64,000 bases of DNA from Trueperaceae bacterium (GTDB lineage: Bacteria > Deinococcota > Deinococci > Deinococcales > Trueperaceae). The stretch lies in the NCBI GenBank assembly GCA_965214405.1, contig OZ243956.1:4064001-4128000 (forward strand), given 5' to 3'. This document shows positions 40,373 to 50,879 of the stretch, one piece after another. Numbering within the stretch: position 1 is the stretch's first letter; every line of letters starts with the position of its first letter. The notes beneath the pieces are model-generated. The model saw nothing but the letters and a program-made list of their open reading frames with translations, was not told the DNA's origin and did not search any database. The translations under genes were made by a program, and so were the position numbers.

Positions 40373-42553
40373 ATGCCAGATAATTACCAATTTGTTGATT
40401 ACCTTTGGGACGACGCTTACGCCAACACCCTAGACCCCGTCGAACGCCTCGTCTACCGCTCCAACCTGCTCGGCCAAGACCAGCGCATCACCAATACGGG
40501 TGGCGGCAATACCAGCAGCAAAATCATGATGCCCGACCCTCTGAGCGGGGAAGAGGTCGAGGTGATGTTCGTTAAAGGCTCGGGGGGCGACTTGCGCACC
40601 GCCAAACGCGAGAACTTCGCATCGCTCTACATGGACAAGTTTCTGGCGTTGGAAAATCTTTACAACGCCGCCGAGGAAAAGGGCGTCAAAACGCCCATAG
40701 AAGACGAGCTGGTCGGCATGTACCCGCACACGGTCTACAACCTAAACCCCAGGGCCAGCTCCATCGACACGCCGCTGCACGGCTTTATACCCTCCAAGCA
40801 CGTGGACCACACCCACCCGGTCGCGGTCATCGCTATTGCCGCGAGCAAGGACGGCGAAAGGCTCACCCGCGAGATTTACGGCGACGAGGTCGGCTGGGTA
40901 CCCTGGCAGCGCCCCGGTTTCGATTTGGGGCTGGTGATGCGCGAAATATTACGCGAAAATCCTCAGCTCAAGGGCCTGGTGATGGGCCAGCACGGGCTCA
41001 TCAACTGGGCGGACGACGACAAGGCGTGTTACGAGTTGAGCCTGAACTTGATTGAAAAGGCGGCGCGGTACCTAGACGAGCATGATTTAGGTAATGAAGC
41101 TTTTGGCGGGCAAAAGGTCGCGCCGCTTGGCGAGGCGGAGCGCGACGCCCTGTTGCATAAAATCCTGCCAAGCTTGCGCGGGATGGTCTCGCAGGAACAG
41201 AAGTTTATCGGCACGCTCGAGGCGCGGCCCGAGGTGCTCACCTTTGTTTCCTCACACGACGCGCCGCGGCTGAGTGAACTCGGCACGAGCTGCCCCGACC
41301 ACTTTTTGCGTACCAAAATCAAGCCGCTTTATGTGGACTGGCGACCTGACGAGGGTGCGGAGGGTTTGTTAGAGAAACTTTCTGCTGGCCTCGAGCGTTA
41401 CCGAGAAGACTACGCTCGCTACTACGACGCCCACAAACACCCCGACTCGCCCGCCATGCGAAACCCCAACCCGACGGTCATCCTCATCCCCGGCGTCGGC
41501 ATGGTCGCCTGGGGCAAAAACAAGAGCGAGTCGCGCGTGACCGCCGAGTTTTATACCGGCGCGGTCGGCGTGATGCGCGGCGCGGAAGCGGTGAGCGAGT
41601 ATCAGGCGCTGCCGCAGCAAGAAGCGTTTGACATCGAATATTGGGCGTTAGAGGAGGCCAAGCTCAAAAGGATGCCGCCCGAGAAAGTGTTGGCTCGAGC
41701 CGTCGTCTTAGTCGTCGGCGCGGGCGGCGGTATCGGTAAGGCGGTCGCGCACCGGGTCGCCAAGGAGGGCGCGCACGTGGTCTGCGCCGACCTAAATGAG
41801 CAAGCGGCGCAGGAAACCGCCGATGAACTCTCCAGCACCCACGGCGTCGGCATTGGCGTGGCGGGAACAGGTGTGAGCAGTTGTGGTCCGGCGCTTGCGC
41901 TGGGCGTGGACGTGACGGAGCGAGAGAGTATCCGTGACATGTTCGACACCATTTTGAGGGCTTACGGCGGCGTCGACCACGTCATCGTCACGGCGGGCGT
42001 GTTTTTTGCGCCGGACAAGGACGGCACCCTGGATGACGATAAGTGGGCGCTCACCTACGCCATCAACGTGACGGGTTTGTATCTCGTTGCCGATGAAGCG
42101 CGGCGGGTTTGGGAGGAGCAGGGGCTCGAGGGAAGCTTGGTCCTCACCACCAGCGTCAACGCCGCCGTGCCCAAAAAGGGCTCGCTCGCCTACGACACCT
42201 CCAAGGCGGCGGCCAACCACCTGGTCCGCGAACTCGCCATCGAACTCGCGCCCAAGGTCCGCGTCAATGGCCTCGCGCCCGCGACGGTGGTGGCGGGCAG
42301 CAACATGTTTCCTCGGGACCGGGTGATGAGTTCGCTCCAGAAGTACGATATTTCCTTTAGCGAAGACGAAACCACCGAAGCCCTGCGCGACAAGCTCGCC
42401 CACTTCTACGCGCAACGCACCCTCACCAAAAAGCCCATCACGCCCGAAGACCAGGCGGAGGCGGCTTTTTTGCTCGTCGGCGGTTCTCTGGGCAAGACCA
42501 CCGGGCAAATCATCAGTGTGGACGGCGGGCTGACGGAGGCGTTCTTGCGGTGA
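40373..42553 (+). CDS. rhaD: Bifunctional rhamnulose-1-phosphate aldolase / short-chain dehydrogenase
   Basis: GGGNTSSK, KGSGGDL, SIDTPLH, SCPDHFLRTK, EYWALEEAKL, plus a C-terminal SDR domain (GAGGGIG, YxxSK). Confidence 0.9.
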   Translation: MPDNYQFVDYLWDDAYANTLDPVERLVYRSNLLGQDQRITNTGGGNTSSKIMMPDPLSGEEVEVMFVKGSGGDLRTAKRENFASLYMDKFLALENLYNAAEEKGVKTPIEDELVGMYPHTVYNLNPRASSIDTPLHGFIPSKHVDHTHPVAVIAIAASKDGERLTREIYGDEVGWVPWQRPGFDLGLVMREILRENPQLKGLVMGQHGLINWADDDKACYELSLNLIEKAARYLDEHDLGNEAFGGQKVAPLGEAERDALLHKILPSLRGMVSQEQKFIGTLEARPEVLTFVSSHDAPRLSELGTSCPDHFLRTKIKPLYVDWRPDEGAEGLLEKLSAGLERYREDYARYYDAHKHPDSPAMRNPNPTVILIPGVGMVAWGKNKSESRVTAEFYTGAVGVMRGAEAVSEYQALPQQEAFDIEYWALEEAKLKRMPPEKVLARAVVLVVGAGGGIGKAVAHRVAKEGAHVVCADLNEQAAQETADELSSTHGVGIGVAGTGVSSCGPALALGVDVTERESIRDMFDTILRAYGGVDHVIVTAGVFFAPDKDGTLDDDKWALTYAINVTGLYLVADEARRVWEEQGLEGSLVLTTSVNAAVPKKGSLAYDTSKAAANHLVRELAIELAPKVRVNGLAPATVVAGSNMFPRDRVMSSLQKYDISFSEDETTEALRDKLAHFYAQRTLTKKPITPEDQAEAAFLLVGGSLGKTTGQIISVDGGLTEAFLR

Positions 42554-42614
42554 GGGAAGAATCAACGACGGAGCGGACGACGACACATTTCACAGTTAGG
42601 CGTCTGAGTGCATC

Positions 42615-42971
42615 TTGCCCATAAATCAGGGCCGACGAGCCACCATTTTTGTCGCGCCCGCTCTGGTTGTGATACTTATCCTCTTGCTCTTACAGATTCC
42701 AGTCGTTGAGAACCTTTGGTTGGTGACGATCGGGCGAGGGTTTGTCATTCCAGACGAATCTTCCATTTTCACGTTCCGCGTGAACGAAATGAACAGCGGT
42801 TCCGGGGAGTGGTGGCTTTACGCGGAGGATGACCGCCACTTCTACGCGAACGGCGGAGCTGGTGTTCTGTACGTCGCCTTCCCTAAGTCAGAACTTCCGA
42901 AGTGCCCTGCTTTTGACCCTCGAGACTGGACCACCTGGTGCGACCAGTTCCAACTGCACAAGTCACCCTGA
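42615..42971 (+). CDS. Hypothetical membrane-anchored protein
   Basis: 118-aa ORF with an N-terminal hydrophobic helix and a GSGEWWLY motif; fills an intergenic gap. Confidence 0.55.
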   Translation: MPINQGRRATIFVAPALVVILILLLLQIPVVENLWLVTIGRGFVIPDESSIFTFRVNEMNSGSGEWWLYAEDDRHFYANGGAGVLYVAFPKSELPKCPAFDPRDWTTWCDQFQLHKSP

Positions 42972-43046
42972 ACCAGCTTTGACTATGTTAATGACTACGT
43001 CAATAACGTCAACAAAACCCAGAGAGTGTTTGAAAATGAGTTGCCT

Positions 43047-43147
43047 CCCCCCTTAACAAGGGGGGACCGAGGGGGGGATTTGCTTTCGGCACCTTGCCAT
43101 AAAGCCGGTTAGAGACAAATCCCCCCAACCCCCCTTGTTAAGGGGGG
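43047..43147. repeat. Inverted doublet of REP-like palindromes
   Basis: CCCCCCTTAACAAGGGGGG-ACCGA-GGGGGGGATTTG ... CAAATCCCCCC-AA-CCCCCCTTGTTAAGGGGGG. Confidence 0.8.
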
Positions 43148-43182
43148 CTTTTGTCGGAACTCGAGCCTTTTTCAAATACCCT

Positions 43183-44469
43183 CTAGCTCCACAACCTGTC
43201 GTGCGACAAGTCGCCGTCCCAATGTTCGGTGGGCTCAAAAAAGAGCGGGCGCTCCTTGTCGAGAAACTCCTTGAACACCTCTTCGTTGATGTCCGTAAAA
43301 CCCAACCCAGGCGTTTCGGGCACGGTGATGTGACCGTCTTGGATTAAGGGCTGGGGCAGCCCGTCGACCAGATAGTCCCAACGGGGAATGTCGACGGCGT
43401 GGTTTTCTAGGACCATAAAGTTTTCCGTCGCGGCGGCGCAGTGGACCGCGGCGAGGGTCGAGATGGGCGAGCCCGCCATGTGCATCGCCATCGCCACGCC
43501 GTGGTCTTGGGCGGTATCGCCCAAGCGTTTGGTTTCCAAAATGCCGCCCGAGCTGGCGATGTCGGGGTGGATGATGTCGACGGCCCTGGCCACTAACAAG
43601 GGCTTAAAGTTCTCCATCAAGTAAATGTCTTCGCCTGTGCAGACGGGGGTGGCGACGCTCTCGGTCAGACGCAGGTACTGCTCGGTAAATTGCCAGGGAA
43701 TCATGTCCTCGTACCAGGCGAGGCTGAACTGGTCTAAAGCGCGGCCCAGACGGATGCAGGATTTGAGCCCGAGGTGTCCGAAGTGGTCTAGCGCCAGAGG
43801 AACTTCGTAGCCGATTTCCGCGCGTACCGCCCTCACGTATTCGACCAAGACCTCGATACCCTTTTCGGTAATCTGCAAGCCGGTAAAGGGGTGCATGACG
43901 CTCTGGGACTCGAGCATCCCCGGCGGCGAAATGAGCGTGTCGGGAATGGTCTTTAGCAACTGAATGCCCACGTCCATCTTCAAAAACTTAAAGCCCTTGT
44001 CCATCCGGTCCTTGAGCCGTTTGCCCATCTCTTTGCCGTCGGTCACGGTGTCGGTGTCGCAGTAGCAGAGAATCTTGTCGCGGAACTTGCCCCCGGCCAG
44101 CATGTAGGCGGGCACGCCGTACGCCTTGCCCGCCAAATCCATCAGCGCCATCTCGACGCCGCACACGCCGCCCGCCTGCCGCGCGTGGTGACCGAACTGC
44201 TTGATTTTGCGAAAAATCTTGTCGACGTTGCACGGGTTCTCGCCGATGAGCTGCCGCTTGAGCATGAGCGCGTACACGGGGCTCGCCCAATCGCGCACCT
44301 CGCCGTAGCCGCGTAAACCCTGGTTCGTGTCGAGGCGGATGATGGAGGCGGGGAAGGGGACACCGGCTAAGTTGGCAATCCGCATATCGGTAATGCGCAG
44401 GGCCGAGGGCGATGAGTGGGTGTTGACGTTGTCCAGCACCTGTTCACTATCCAGCATCTGTTTGCTCAC
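43183..44469 (-). CDS. Mandelate racemase/muconate lactonizing (enolase superfamily) enzyme, probable sugar-acid dehydratase
   Basis: ALMDLAGKAYGVP, KFLKMD, WYED, TGED, PGLG. Confidence 0.88.
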   Translation of the reverse strand: MSKQMLDSEQVLDNVNTHSSPSALRITDMRIANLAGVPFPASIIRLDTNQGLRGYGEVRDWASPVYALMLKRQLIGENPCNVDKIFRKIKQFGHHARQAGGVCGVEMALMDLAGKAYGVPAYMLAGGKFRDKILCYCDTDTVTDGKEMGKRLKDRMDKGFKFLKMDVGIQLLKTIPDTLISPPGMLESQSVMHPFTGLQITEKGIEVLVEYVRAVRAEIGYEVPLALDHFGHLGLKSCIRLGRALDQFSLAWYEDMIPWQFTEQYLRLTESVATPVCTGEDIYLMENFKPLLVARAVDIIHPDIASSGGILETKRLGDTAQDHGVAMAMHMAGSPISTLAAVHCAAATENFMVLENHAVDIPRWDYLVDGLPQPLIQDGHITVPETPGLGFTDINEEVFKEFLDKERPLFFEPTEHWDGDLSHDRLWS

Positions 44470-44507
44470 GGAATCTCCTTTTTGAAGTTTGGTTCACCTT
44501 AACTTAG

Positions 44508-45790
44508 CAATACTTCGGACAGGTATTGAAAAGAAGGAAGCCATCACGCTAGTTTGAATGTGTGATGAAACAAACAGATGATGGCTTGCTAGAGATTATA
44601 GACGAAGCGCTGATAAAGATGCCAGGGGTAGGCAAATGGCAACGAGATTTTCTAAGACAGTTGTTCAGTACCGTGCTGTTGGTGTACGGCAAGCTCAACT
44701 TCAGCAACTTAGCCAGACATAGCGAACTGGATGAGAAAACGTACCGCAGAGGTTTTAGACGAGACTTTGACTTCGAGATGTTCAACCTGCATTGTCTAGG
44801 GCAACGTACTACGAGCGGCGAACTGGTGGCAGCACTAGACGCGAGCTACTTAGCTAAAAGCGGGAAACAGACGTTTGGGCTGGGTAAATTTTACAGTGGC
44901 TGTATAGGTAGGGCAGTAAAAGGCTTAGAGATTAGTGAACTGGCTTTGATTGACCGTGACAGCCGTCAGGCATTTGCTTTTTCAACGAGGCAGACTGTGG
45001 CTAAGGCGGGGAAAAGCCGCGTTGAGCAGTATGCCGAACACGTAGAAGCCTGTGCTGAAACCTTGCCTAAAGAGGTCAACTATCTGCTGGTAGACGGCTA
45101 TTACAGCAAGAAGGGGTTTGTTGACACAGTGTGTGCTCTAGGAAAGCTTGAGGTAGTGGGCAAACTACGCTGTGACGCCAACCTACGCTATCTCTACCGA
45201 GGAGCCTACTGTGGCAAAGGACGCCCTAAACGCTATGATGGCAAGGTTGATTTTGGAGACCTGAGCCGGTTTGTTTATGAGAGCGAAACTGAACCGCAGC
45301 TTCACATCTATACGCAAACCCTTTGGCATGTTGGTTTGAAACGTCTTCTTCGCGTTGTGCTACTGCTCGATACCAGCAAAGCCAAACCTCGTTACATCTT
45401 GCTCTTTTCGACAGACCTGAGTCTTACCGGCAAGGAGATACTAGACCTTTACAAGTTACGCTTCCAAATCGAATTCCTGTTTCGGGATGCTAAACAGTTT
45501 ACAGGTCTTTGTGACTGCCAAGCCAGAGATGCAAAAGCACTTGCCTTTCATTTCAACACCGCTTTATCGGCTGTTAATCTTGCCAAGTTAGACCTTCTAA
45601 ACCAGCAAGAGGGAGAGCAAGCTTTCGTCTTCTCTTTAAGCAGTTACATCCACCGTTCTTTCAGTCACCGACTGCTTTCTCGACTTTTTGCAAGCTTAGA
45701 CTTTGACCTCAGTTGCAATAAAGTTCAGTCCGCTTTTAACCATGCCCTTGCCTTCGGGCTAGCTTGTCCTTAAATCTGTCCGGAGTATTG
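44508..45790 (+). mobile_element. IS701/ISH3-like (IS4-related) insertion sequence (1283 bp)
   Basis: 15-bp IRs CAATACTTCGGACAG / CTGTCCGGAGTATTG; CTTAG duplicated on both sides (44503-07, 45791-95); low GC. Confidence 0.9.
44562..45773 (+). CDS. DDE transposase
   Basis: LDASY..KSGK, VDGYY, Y..RFQIE..FRDAKQ (YREK-like). Confidence 0.9.
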   Translation: MMKQTDDGLLEIIDEALIKMPGVGKWQRDFLRQLFSTVLLVYGKLNFSNLARHSELDEKTYRRGFRRDFDFEMFNLHCLGQRTTSGELVAALDASYLAKSGKQTFGLGKFYSGCIGRAVKGLEISELALIDRDSRQAFAFSTRQTVAKAGKSRVEQYAEHVEACAETLPKEVNYLLVDGYYSKKGFVDTVCALGKLEVVGKLRCDANLRYLYRGAYCGKGRPKRYDGKVDFGDLSRFVYESETEPQLHIYTQTLWHVGLKRLLRVVLLLDTSKAKPRYILLFSTDLSLTGKEILDLYKLRFQIEFLFRDAKQFTGLCDCQARDAKALAFHFNTALSAVNLAKLDLLNQQEGEQAFVFSLSSYIHRSFSHRLLSRLFASLDFDLSCNKVQSAFNHALAFGLACP

Positions 45791-45932
45791 CTTAGGTTTG
45801 TTTCTTACAAATCGAGCCTAGGGAATAGAGAATACAAAGGGAGAATAAACCAAATACTCTGTGTTCTTCATTCTGCATTTTCGGCGTAGGCTCTGTACCC
45901 TTAATGGCTGGTGCGTAAGGTGAGTTGGTCCA

Positions 45933-46907
45933 TTATGTTGCAGCATCATTGTACGTTATCCGCCCGCTCCTTAAACAAGTTTGAAAGTGCTTGGTGGTTG
46001 CTCCTACCCCGCTTTGCAAGTCGGTTTGAAACACCGTCGGCATGGCGAGTCGCAACGCATGATCGTCAAACCCTACCGGGAAGGGCAACGGGTTGGGGCT
46101 ATGGCTAATCTCAGCGCCCGGTACGACGGCTTGAATGGCGGCGACGACCTCTGCCATACTCACGGGGCGGCCCCCTAAGTTAAACACGTGAGCCCCCCCT
46201 AGCGGACGATCTGCGGCCAAAATGAACTGCTGCGCGACGTCCGAGGCCAGTTGAAGCTGCGCCGTGCCCCCAAAGTGGATGTGGTAGGGCTTTCCGGCTG
46301 CTGCGGCCAGCATCGCTTTGGTCGGGTCGCTGGTCATGCCCTGGTCACGCCCGACGCCGTAGACGACGTAAGGCCGCAGCGCGGTCGAGTTGAGTCCGTA
46401 GTCGCTCGAGTAAAGACGGGCGTTTTGCTCGTTACACCTTTTGTAGCCGCCGTAGAGCGTGTGAGGGTTTAGGGGCGCGTCAGCCCCGACTAAACCTGCC
46501 GGGTACTCGTCCATGTTGCCGTAAACGGCCACGGACGAGGCGTACACGACGTGCTTAAGCCCGGCCTTGAGCGCCGCCTCAAATACGTTTAGAGTGCCGA
46601 CCACGTTGACCTGCGCGCCTAAAACGGGGTTCGCCCGGCAAAAGGGAACTTGCAGGGCACCCAGGTGAATCAGGTGCGTGACCTCGTGCCGAGCAAGGGC
46701 CTCTTCTAACCTCTCCTGCCTCGTCAGGTCGCCCTTTTCAAACACGATGGCTGACAGTTGCGCTTCGTCCATGAGCCGCTCGAGCCGCCCCCGGTTGTCA
46801 CTGACGTCGAAACTGACGACGCGCTCCCCCCGTTTTTGCAGGTGATGCAGCACCCACGCGCCGATACAGCCCAGCGAGCCCGTGACTAAGTATGTGTTGG
46901 CCGACAT
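45933..46907 (-). CDS. NAD-dependent epimerase/dehydratase family protein
   Basis: TGSLGCIG, ASS.AVYG, YGGYK. Start taken at ATG 46907. Confidence 0.88.
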   Translation of the reverse strand: MSANTYLVTGSLGCIGAWVLHHLQKRGERVVSFDVSDNRGRLERLMDEAQLSAIVFEKGDLTRQERLEEALARHEVTHLIHLGALQVPFCRANPVLGAQVNVVGTLNVFEAALKAGLKHVVYASSVAVYGNMDEYPAGLVGADAPLNPHTLYGGYKRCNEQNARLYSSDYGLNSTALRPYVVYGVGRDQGMTSDPTKAMLAAAAGKPYHIHFGGTAQLQLASDVAQQFILAADRPLGGAHVFNLGGRPVSMAEVVAAIQAVVPGAEISHSPNPLPFPVGFDDHALRLAMPTVFQTDLQSGVGATTKHFQTCLRSGRITYNDAAT

Positions 46908-47061
46908 GCTTACTCCGTCCTCTGCCGGGTCTCTTAGGCTAATCAAGTCTCGTAGATCGGGTCCCGCAGGTGCTCAGCTAAGCGATAACGCAAATAGGGG
47001 TCACCCGAATTTGGGTACTATAGCTGAACCCTGACCTGGAGGCAAGCCATGAATCCGCTCC

Positions 47062-48387
47062 GGGTGCAACTCACGTAGTGGGGGAAGAAAAGGCGTGGTG
47101 CCTTATGGTGTCATGGGAGACGAGCGGCTGCTTGGAACAACGCCTAGCTCTAAAAGAAGCCATGCGACCTGCGCCAGGACGCGACCACTGCATCCCCGAC
47201 TGTTTCATGCGGAAGCCGATGACGCTCTTGTTGACGCCCTCGACTTGACCAGAGCCAATGGGTAAGCCACAATTTTTATAACTGGGGTAATCCATATGGT
47301 GTTGACGTTCTTGAAGATAGCGTAAAGCCGTTTGTGATGTGTCATCCCAGCTCAGCCAAACAGCAGGGTCAGGACGATGCGTTTGTAACCAATCCGCAGC
47401 AGCAATCTCGCCGCTAAGCCAAGAGCGTCTTGTTTGGCTACGTTCGCGCTCATCCCAGCCGAGAGCTTCCATAAGGGTGTCAAGGTAAGCACTGCTGTGG
47501 TAAACGTCGATGATGTGTGGGATACCCAGATGCTCGTAAAGGTTTTTGATCCAACTCGCGCCATCGCTCAGGCCGACGACTTCATCATCTTGTCTCAGGC
47601 CTGCTTCACGCATCAGCCCCGCTACTTGGTCGGTAAACGCTGTCGCCTCACACACATCGGCTAACAGGCTGCGTTGCTGAGGTGCAGACACCGGGTGGAT
47701 CACCGCGCTCTTGATCTCGATGCCGCCACAAACCCCGTCCTGAGCTTTTTCGAGCACCCGCACCCCGTCAACTTCAATCACCACTTTCCGCCCTCGTCCT
47801 GCTAGCAACGCTGCATCTTTGGCCGTGTCCAGCAGCTCGCGCGTTTGCGCCTGACAAGCGCTGGCGTAAGGTTGGGTCAAGCGCTCCAAGCCCGCGCGAC
47901 TCATGCCCGGCAACATCTCAAAGTCACGGCTGACTTCTACCGCTTTTTCATACGATAAAGCGCTACTCAAACGCATCATCACGTTCAATGCGCCCGCTGT
48001 CCAACCACTGCCGTCTAAGTTTGGGTCCAGGGCGACTTGGCAATGTCTGCCGTCTTTGTGTTCGTACCTTTGACTGGGTACGCGCACGCTCCCCCAGAAG
48101 TGCTTGACCTCAAGCTCGCCCCGTCCGTCTTTATGCCAACCCTCGCTTTTGTTCATCAGAGGGGGGAAAATCCTGGCTCTCAACCAGGTGCTGCATCAGG
48201 CGACTCATCAGGCTACTTTGTCGCTTTAGCAAGGCCGCTTCTATTTCGTTCATGCTCGCTTTCGTCCCTAGCTCCTGCTTTATCTCCGCAACAATGCTCT
48301 TGATGATGGCGTCCAGTTCTTCTACCCTTTGCTCTGCGTCTGTTGTCATCGTCCTGTTTTATCACCCCCATTCACTGAGTTGCACCC
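47062..48387 (-). mobile_element. ISKra4/ISLre2-like insertion sequence (1326 bp)
   Basis: IRs GGGTGCAACTCA / TGAGTTGCACCC (extendable to about 22 bp); 9-bp TSD ATCCGCTCC (47053-61, 48388-96). Confidence 0.93.
47071..48349 (-). CDS. DDE transposase in two frames (orfA 48349-48131, orfB ending 47071), joined by a +1 shift at TTTTCCCCCC
   Basis: VDG, SDGASWI, DVYH, IGSGQVEG..K..RMKQSGMQWS; clearly homologous to the 4889-6161 transposase. Confidence 0.85.
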
Positions 48388-48476
48388 ATCCGCTCCTTAC
48401 AGCCGCTTACCGTGACACCACGATGAGCTTATCGGCGCAGGCTTCCTCTTACCAGTTTGGGTCTCGGTAAAACCCC

Positions 48477-49676
48477 ATGAAAATAATCGCTATCGAGTCG
48501 TTGCAGTGGCAGGCGTACCCCCGCTTACTCTACGTGCGCGTCCACACGGACGAGGGCGTCGTCGGTGAGGGTGAAACTGTCGAGAAAGTGGAAGGGTCTA
48601 AAGGCGCGCTGCACGGCACCGTCGCCCCCCTGCTGTTGGGGCAAAACCCGCTGGACATCGAAGGTTTGTGGCGCTTTGCCTTTGACAACATCTTGTATCA
48701 CGGTTACGCGGGTGCAGAACTGAGGGCCTTGTCGGCGGTTGAGATTGCCCTGTGGGACATCTTGGGCAAAAGGCTCGGCGCGCCGCTTTATCAGTTGCTG
48801 GGGGGCAGGGTTCGTGACACGGTGCCGACCTACAACACCTGCATCAGCTTTGGCGCGGTGCAGGATTACAAACAATGGCACACTGACGCAGGCAAGCTTG
48901 CTCAGTCACTTTTAGACGAGGGCATTCGCGCCCTGAAAATCTGGCCTTTTGACGTTCATAGCGAAGCGACGCACGGTCAGTACATTCACCCGGACGCCAT
49001 CGACGCGGCGTTAATCCCTATCCGGCACATCCGCGAGGCGGTCGGTAGCGAGATGGAAATCGGCATAGAGTTTCACTCGCGCTGGAACCGGGCGAGCATG
49101 GAGCGGATTGTGGGGGCGCTCGAGCCCTTCGACATCTTGTTCCTTGAAGACCCGCTCGCGCCCACCTACCCGGACGAAATCAAAGCCCTATCGCAAAAAA
49201 CACGTATTCCCATCGTGGGCTCGGAGACGCTTTTTACTCGCTGGCAGGTGCGCGAGTGGTTGGAAAAACACGTCGCGCAAATCCTCATGACCGACGTCTT
49301 GTGGAACGGCGGCGTGGCCGAAACCCGCAAGATGGCGACGATGGCGGAGGCTTTCGGGATTCCCCTGGTGCTTCACAATCTGGCGGGGCCACTCGCCCAC
49401 GCGGTCAACCTTCACCTGGGCGTTCACCTGCCCAATCTGATGTTTATGGAGTCCTCGAGGGCGCTCTACAAAACGCACTACAATATCCTCACTGACTACG
49501 AACCGAAGCTAACCAGCGGTCAATTCGAAATCCCCGATAAACCGGGCATAGGGGTCACGATCCGCCGGGAGATGCTTGAACGTGCCGACCTGACGCGCCA
49601 GGTGTCCGAGGGTGCGGGCTTAGCCGTGGGCAAAAGGGCGACGGGCGACCACTGGCAAGACGAACGGATTCGCTGA
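48477..49676 (+). CDS. Mandelate racemase/muconate lactonizing (enolase superfamily) enzyme
   Basis: [32 protein letters not shown]. Confidence 0.9.
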   Translation: MKIIAIESLQWQAYPRLLYVRVHTDEGVVGEGETVEKVEGSKGALHGTVAPLLLGQNPLDIEGLWRFAFDNILYHGYAGAELRALSAVEIALWDILGKRLGAPLYQLLGGRVRDTVPTYNTCISFGAVQDYKQWHTDAGKLAQSLLDEGIRALKIWPFDVHSEATHGQYIHPDAIDAALIPIRHIREAVGSEMEIGIEFHSRWNRASMERIVGALEPFDILFLEDPLAPTYPDEIKALSQKTRIPIVGSETLFTRWQVREWLEKHVAQILMTDVLWNGGVAETRKMATMAEAFGIPLVLHNLAGPLAHAVNLHLGVHLPNLMFMESSRALYKTHYNILTDYEPKLTSGQFEIPDKPGIGVTIRREMLERADLTRQVSEGAGLAVGKRATGDHWQDERIR

Positions 49677-49736
49677 CGGTTGACCGGCTCACCTGAGATC
49701 TTATAGGGGCGGCTTCGGTTTGGCGTTGCGCGAGCT

Positions 49737-50807
49737 TTAGGCAGGCGCTTCGCGGCGCGCCGTCGAGCCGCGCACGATGAACGTGCAACCCAACGTGACT
49801 TGCTGCGGCGCAAGGTCGGGCGTGTCCAGCCTGTTTAAGACCAGCTTAGCCGCGGTGCGGCCCAGGTCGTAAGCGGGTTGGGCGACGGTCGTCAGGGGCG
49901 GGGTCGTCAACGAGGCGACCGGAATGTCGTCGAAGCCGATAATAGACATCTGGCTCGGCACCTCAACCCCCCTTTCTCGGCAGGCGTCGAGCGCGCCGAT
50001 GGCGACGAGGTCGTTCACGGTGACGACGGCGCTGGGCGGCTCGCTCAGGCTCAAGAGCTTCTTCATGGCGGCAAAACCGCCTTCGCTCGTCGTGTCCGTC
50101 TCGAGCTCGAGGTCACCATCCTGGGGCAACCCGTGCGCCTCCAGAGTTTCCCGGTAGCCGCGCCACCTGCCCACGCCGATGCCGCGTGTGTAATAGCCAC
50201 CGATAAAGCCGATGCGGGTGTGACCCAGAGAAACGAGGTGATTCACCGCGTCAATCTCACCATTTTTTGCCCCGCTGGTTGCGAAGTCACCCCTCGAGCC
50301 TTCGTGCGGGTGACCGATGAAAACGACGGGAACCCCGCGTTCGGGCAGCGTTTCGAGGAGCGTGACGACGTCCGGGTCGGGTCCGCCCAAAGGCGGCGTG
50401 AGGATAAAGCCGTCGACGCCGCGGGCGAGCATCTCTTGCAAGAGCTCGAGTTCTCGCACGGCGTCGCCGTCCGTGCTGCAAATAATGGACAGGTAACGCC
50501 TTAAAGCAATCCCGTCCTGAACGCCCCGCGCCAGGGAAGCGACGAACGGGTTCTGGATGTCCGTCGTGACCAAGCCTATGAGCAGGGTGCGCTTCGTGGT
50601 GAGGGAGCCCGCGAGCGTGTTGGGCCTGTAGCCCAACGTTTTAGCCGCGGCGAAGACCTTTTCGCGGGTCGCCTCGCTAATCATCTCGGGTCGGCTGAAG
50701 CTGCGGGACACCGTCGAGGTCGAGACGCCCGCGAGCGCCGAAACGTCGTAGATGGTGCTGACGGTTCCGGGTGCCGCTTTGACCGGCGTTTCCTTTGTGT
50801 CAGCCAC
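49737..50807 (-). CDS. LacI family transcriptional regulator
   Basis: TIYDVS.LAGVSTSTVSR, YRPN, GFDD, PPLTTV. Confidence 0.93.
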   Translation of the reverse strand: MADTKETPVKAAPGTVSTIYDVSALAGVSTSTVSRSFSRPEMISEATREKVFAAAKTLGYRPNTLAGSLTTKRTLLIGLVTTDIQNPFVASLARGVQDGIALRRYLSIICSTDGDAVRELELLQEMLARGVDGFILTPPLGGPDPDVVTLLETLPERGVPVVFIGHPHEGSRGDFATSGAKNGEIDAVNHLVSLGHTRIGFIGGYYTRGIGVGRWRGYRETLEAHGLPQDGDLELETDTTSEGGFAAMKKLLSLSEPPSAVVTVNDLVAIGALDACRERGVEVPSQMSIIGFDDIPVASLTTPPLTTVAQPAYDLGRTAAKLVLNRLDTPDLAPQQVTLGCTFIVRGSTARREAPA

Positions 50808-50879
50808 GTCTGGTATTCAAGCTTGTCCCACAGGGCTGAAGCTTTCAGGCCGGTGCGTCGCAGTAAGGGTCACAGCAAG

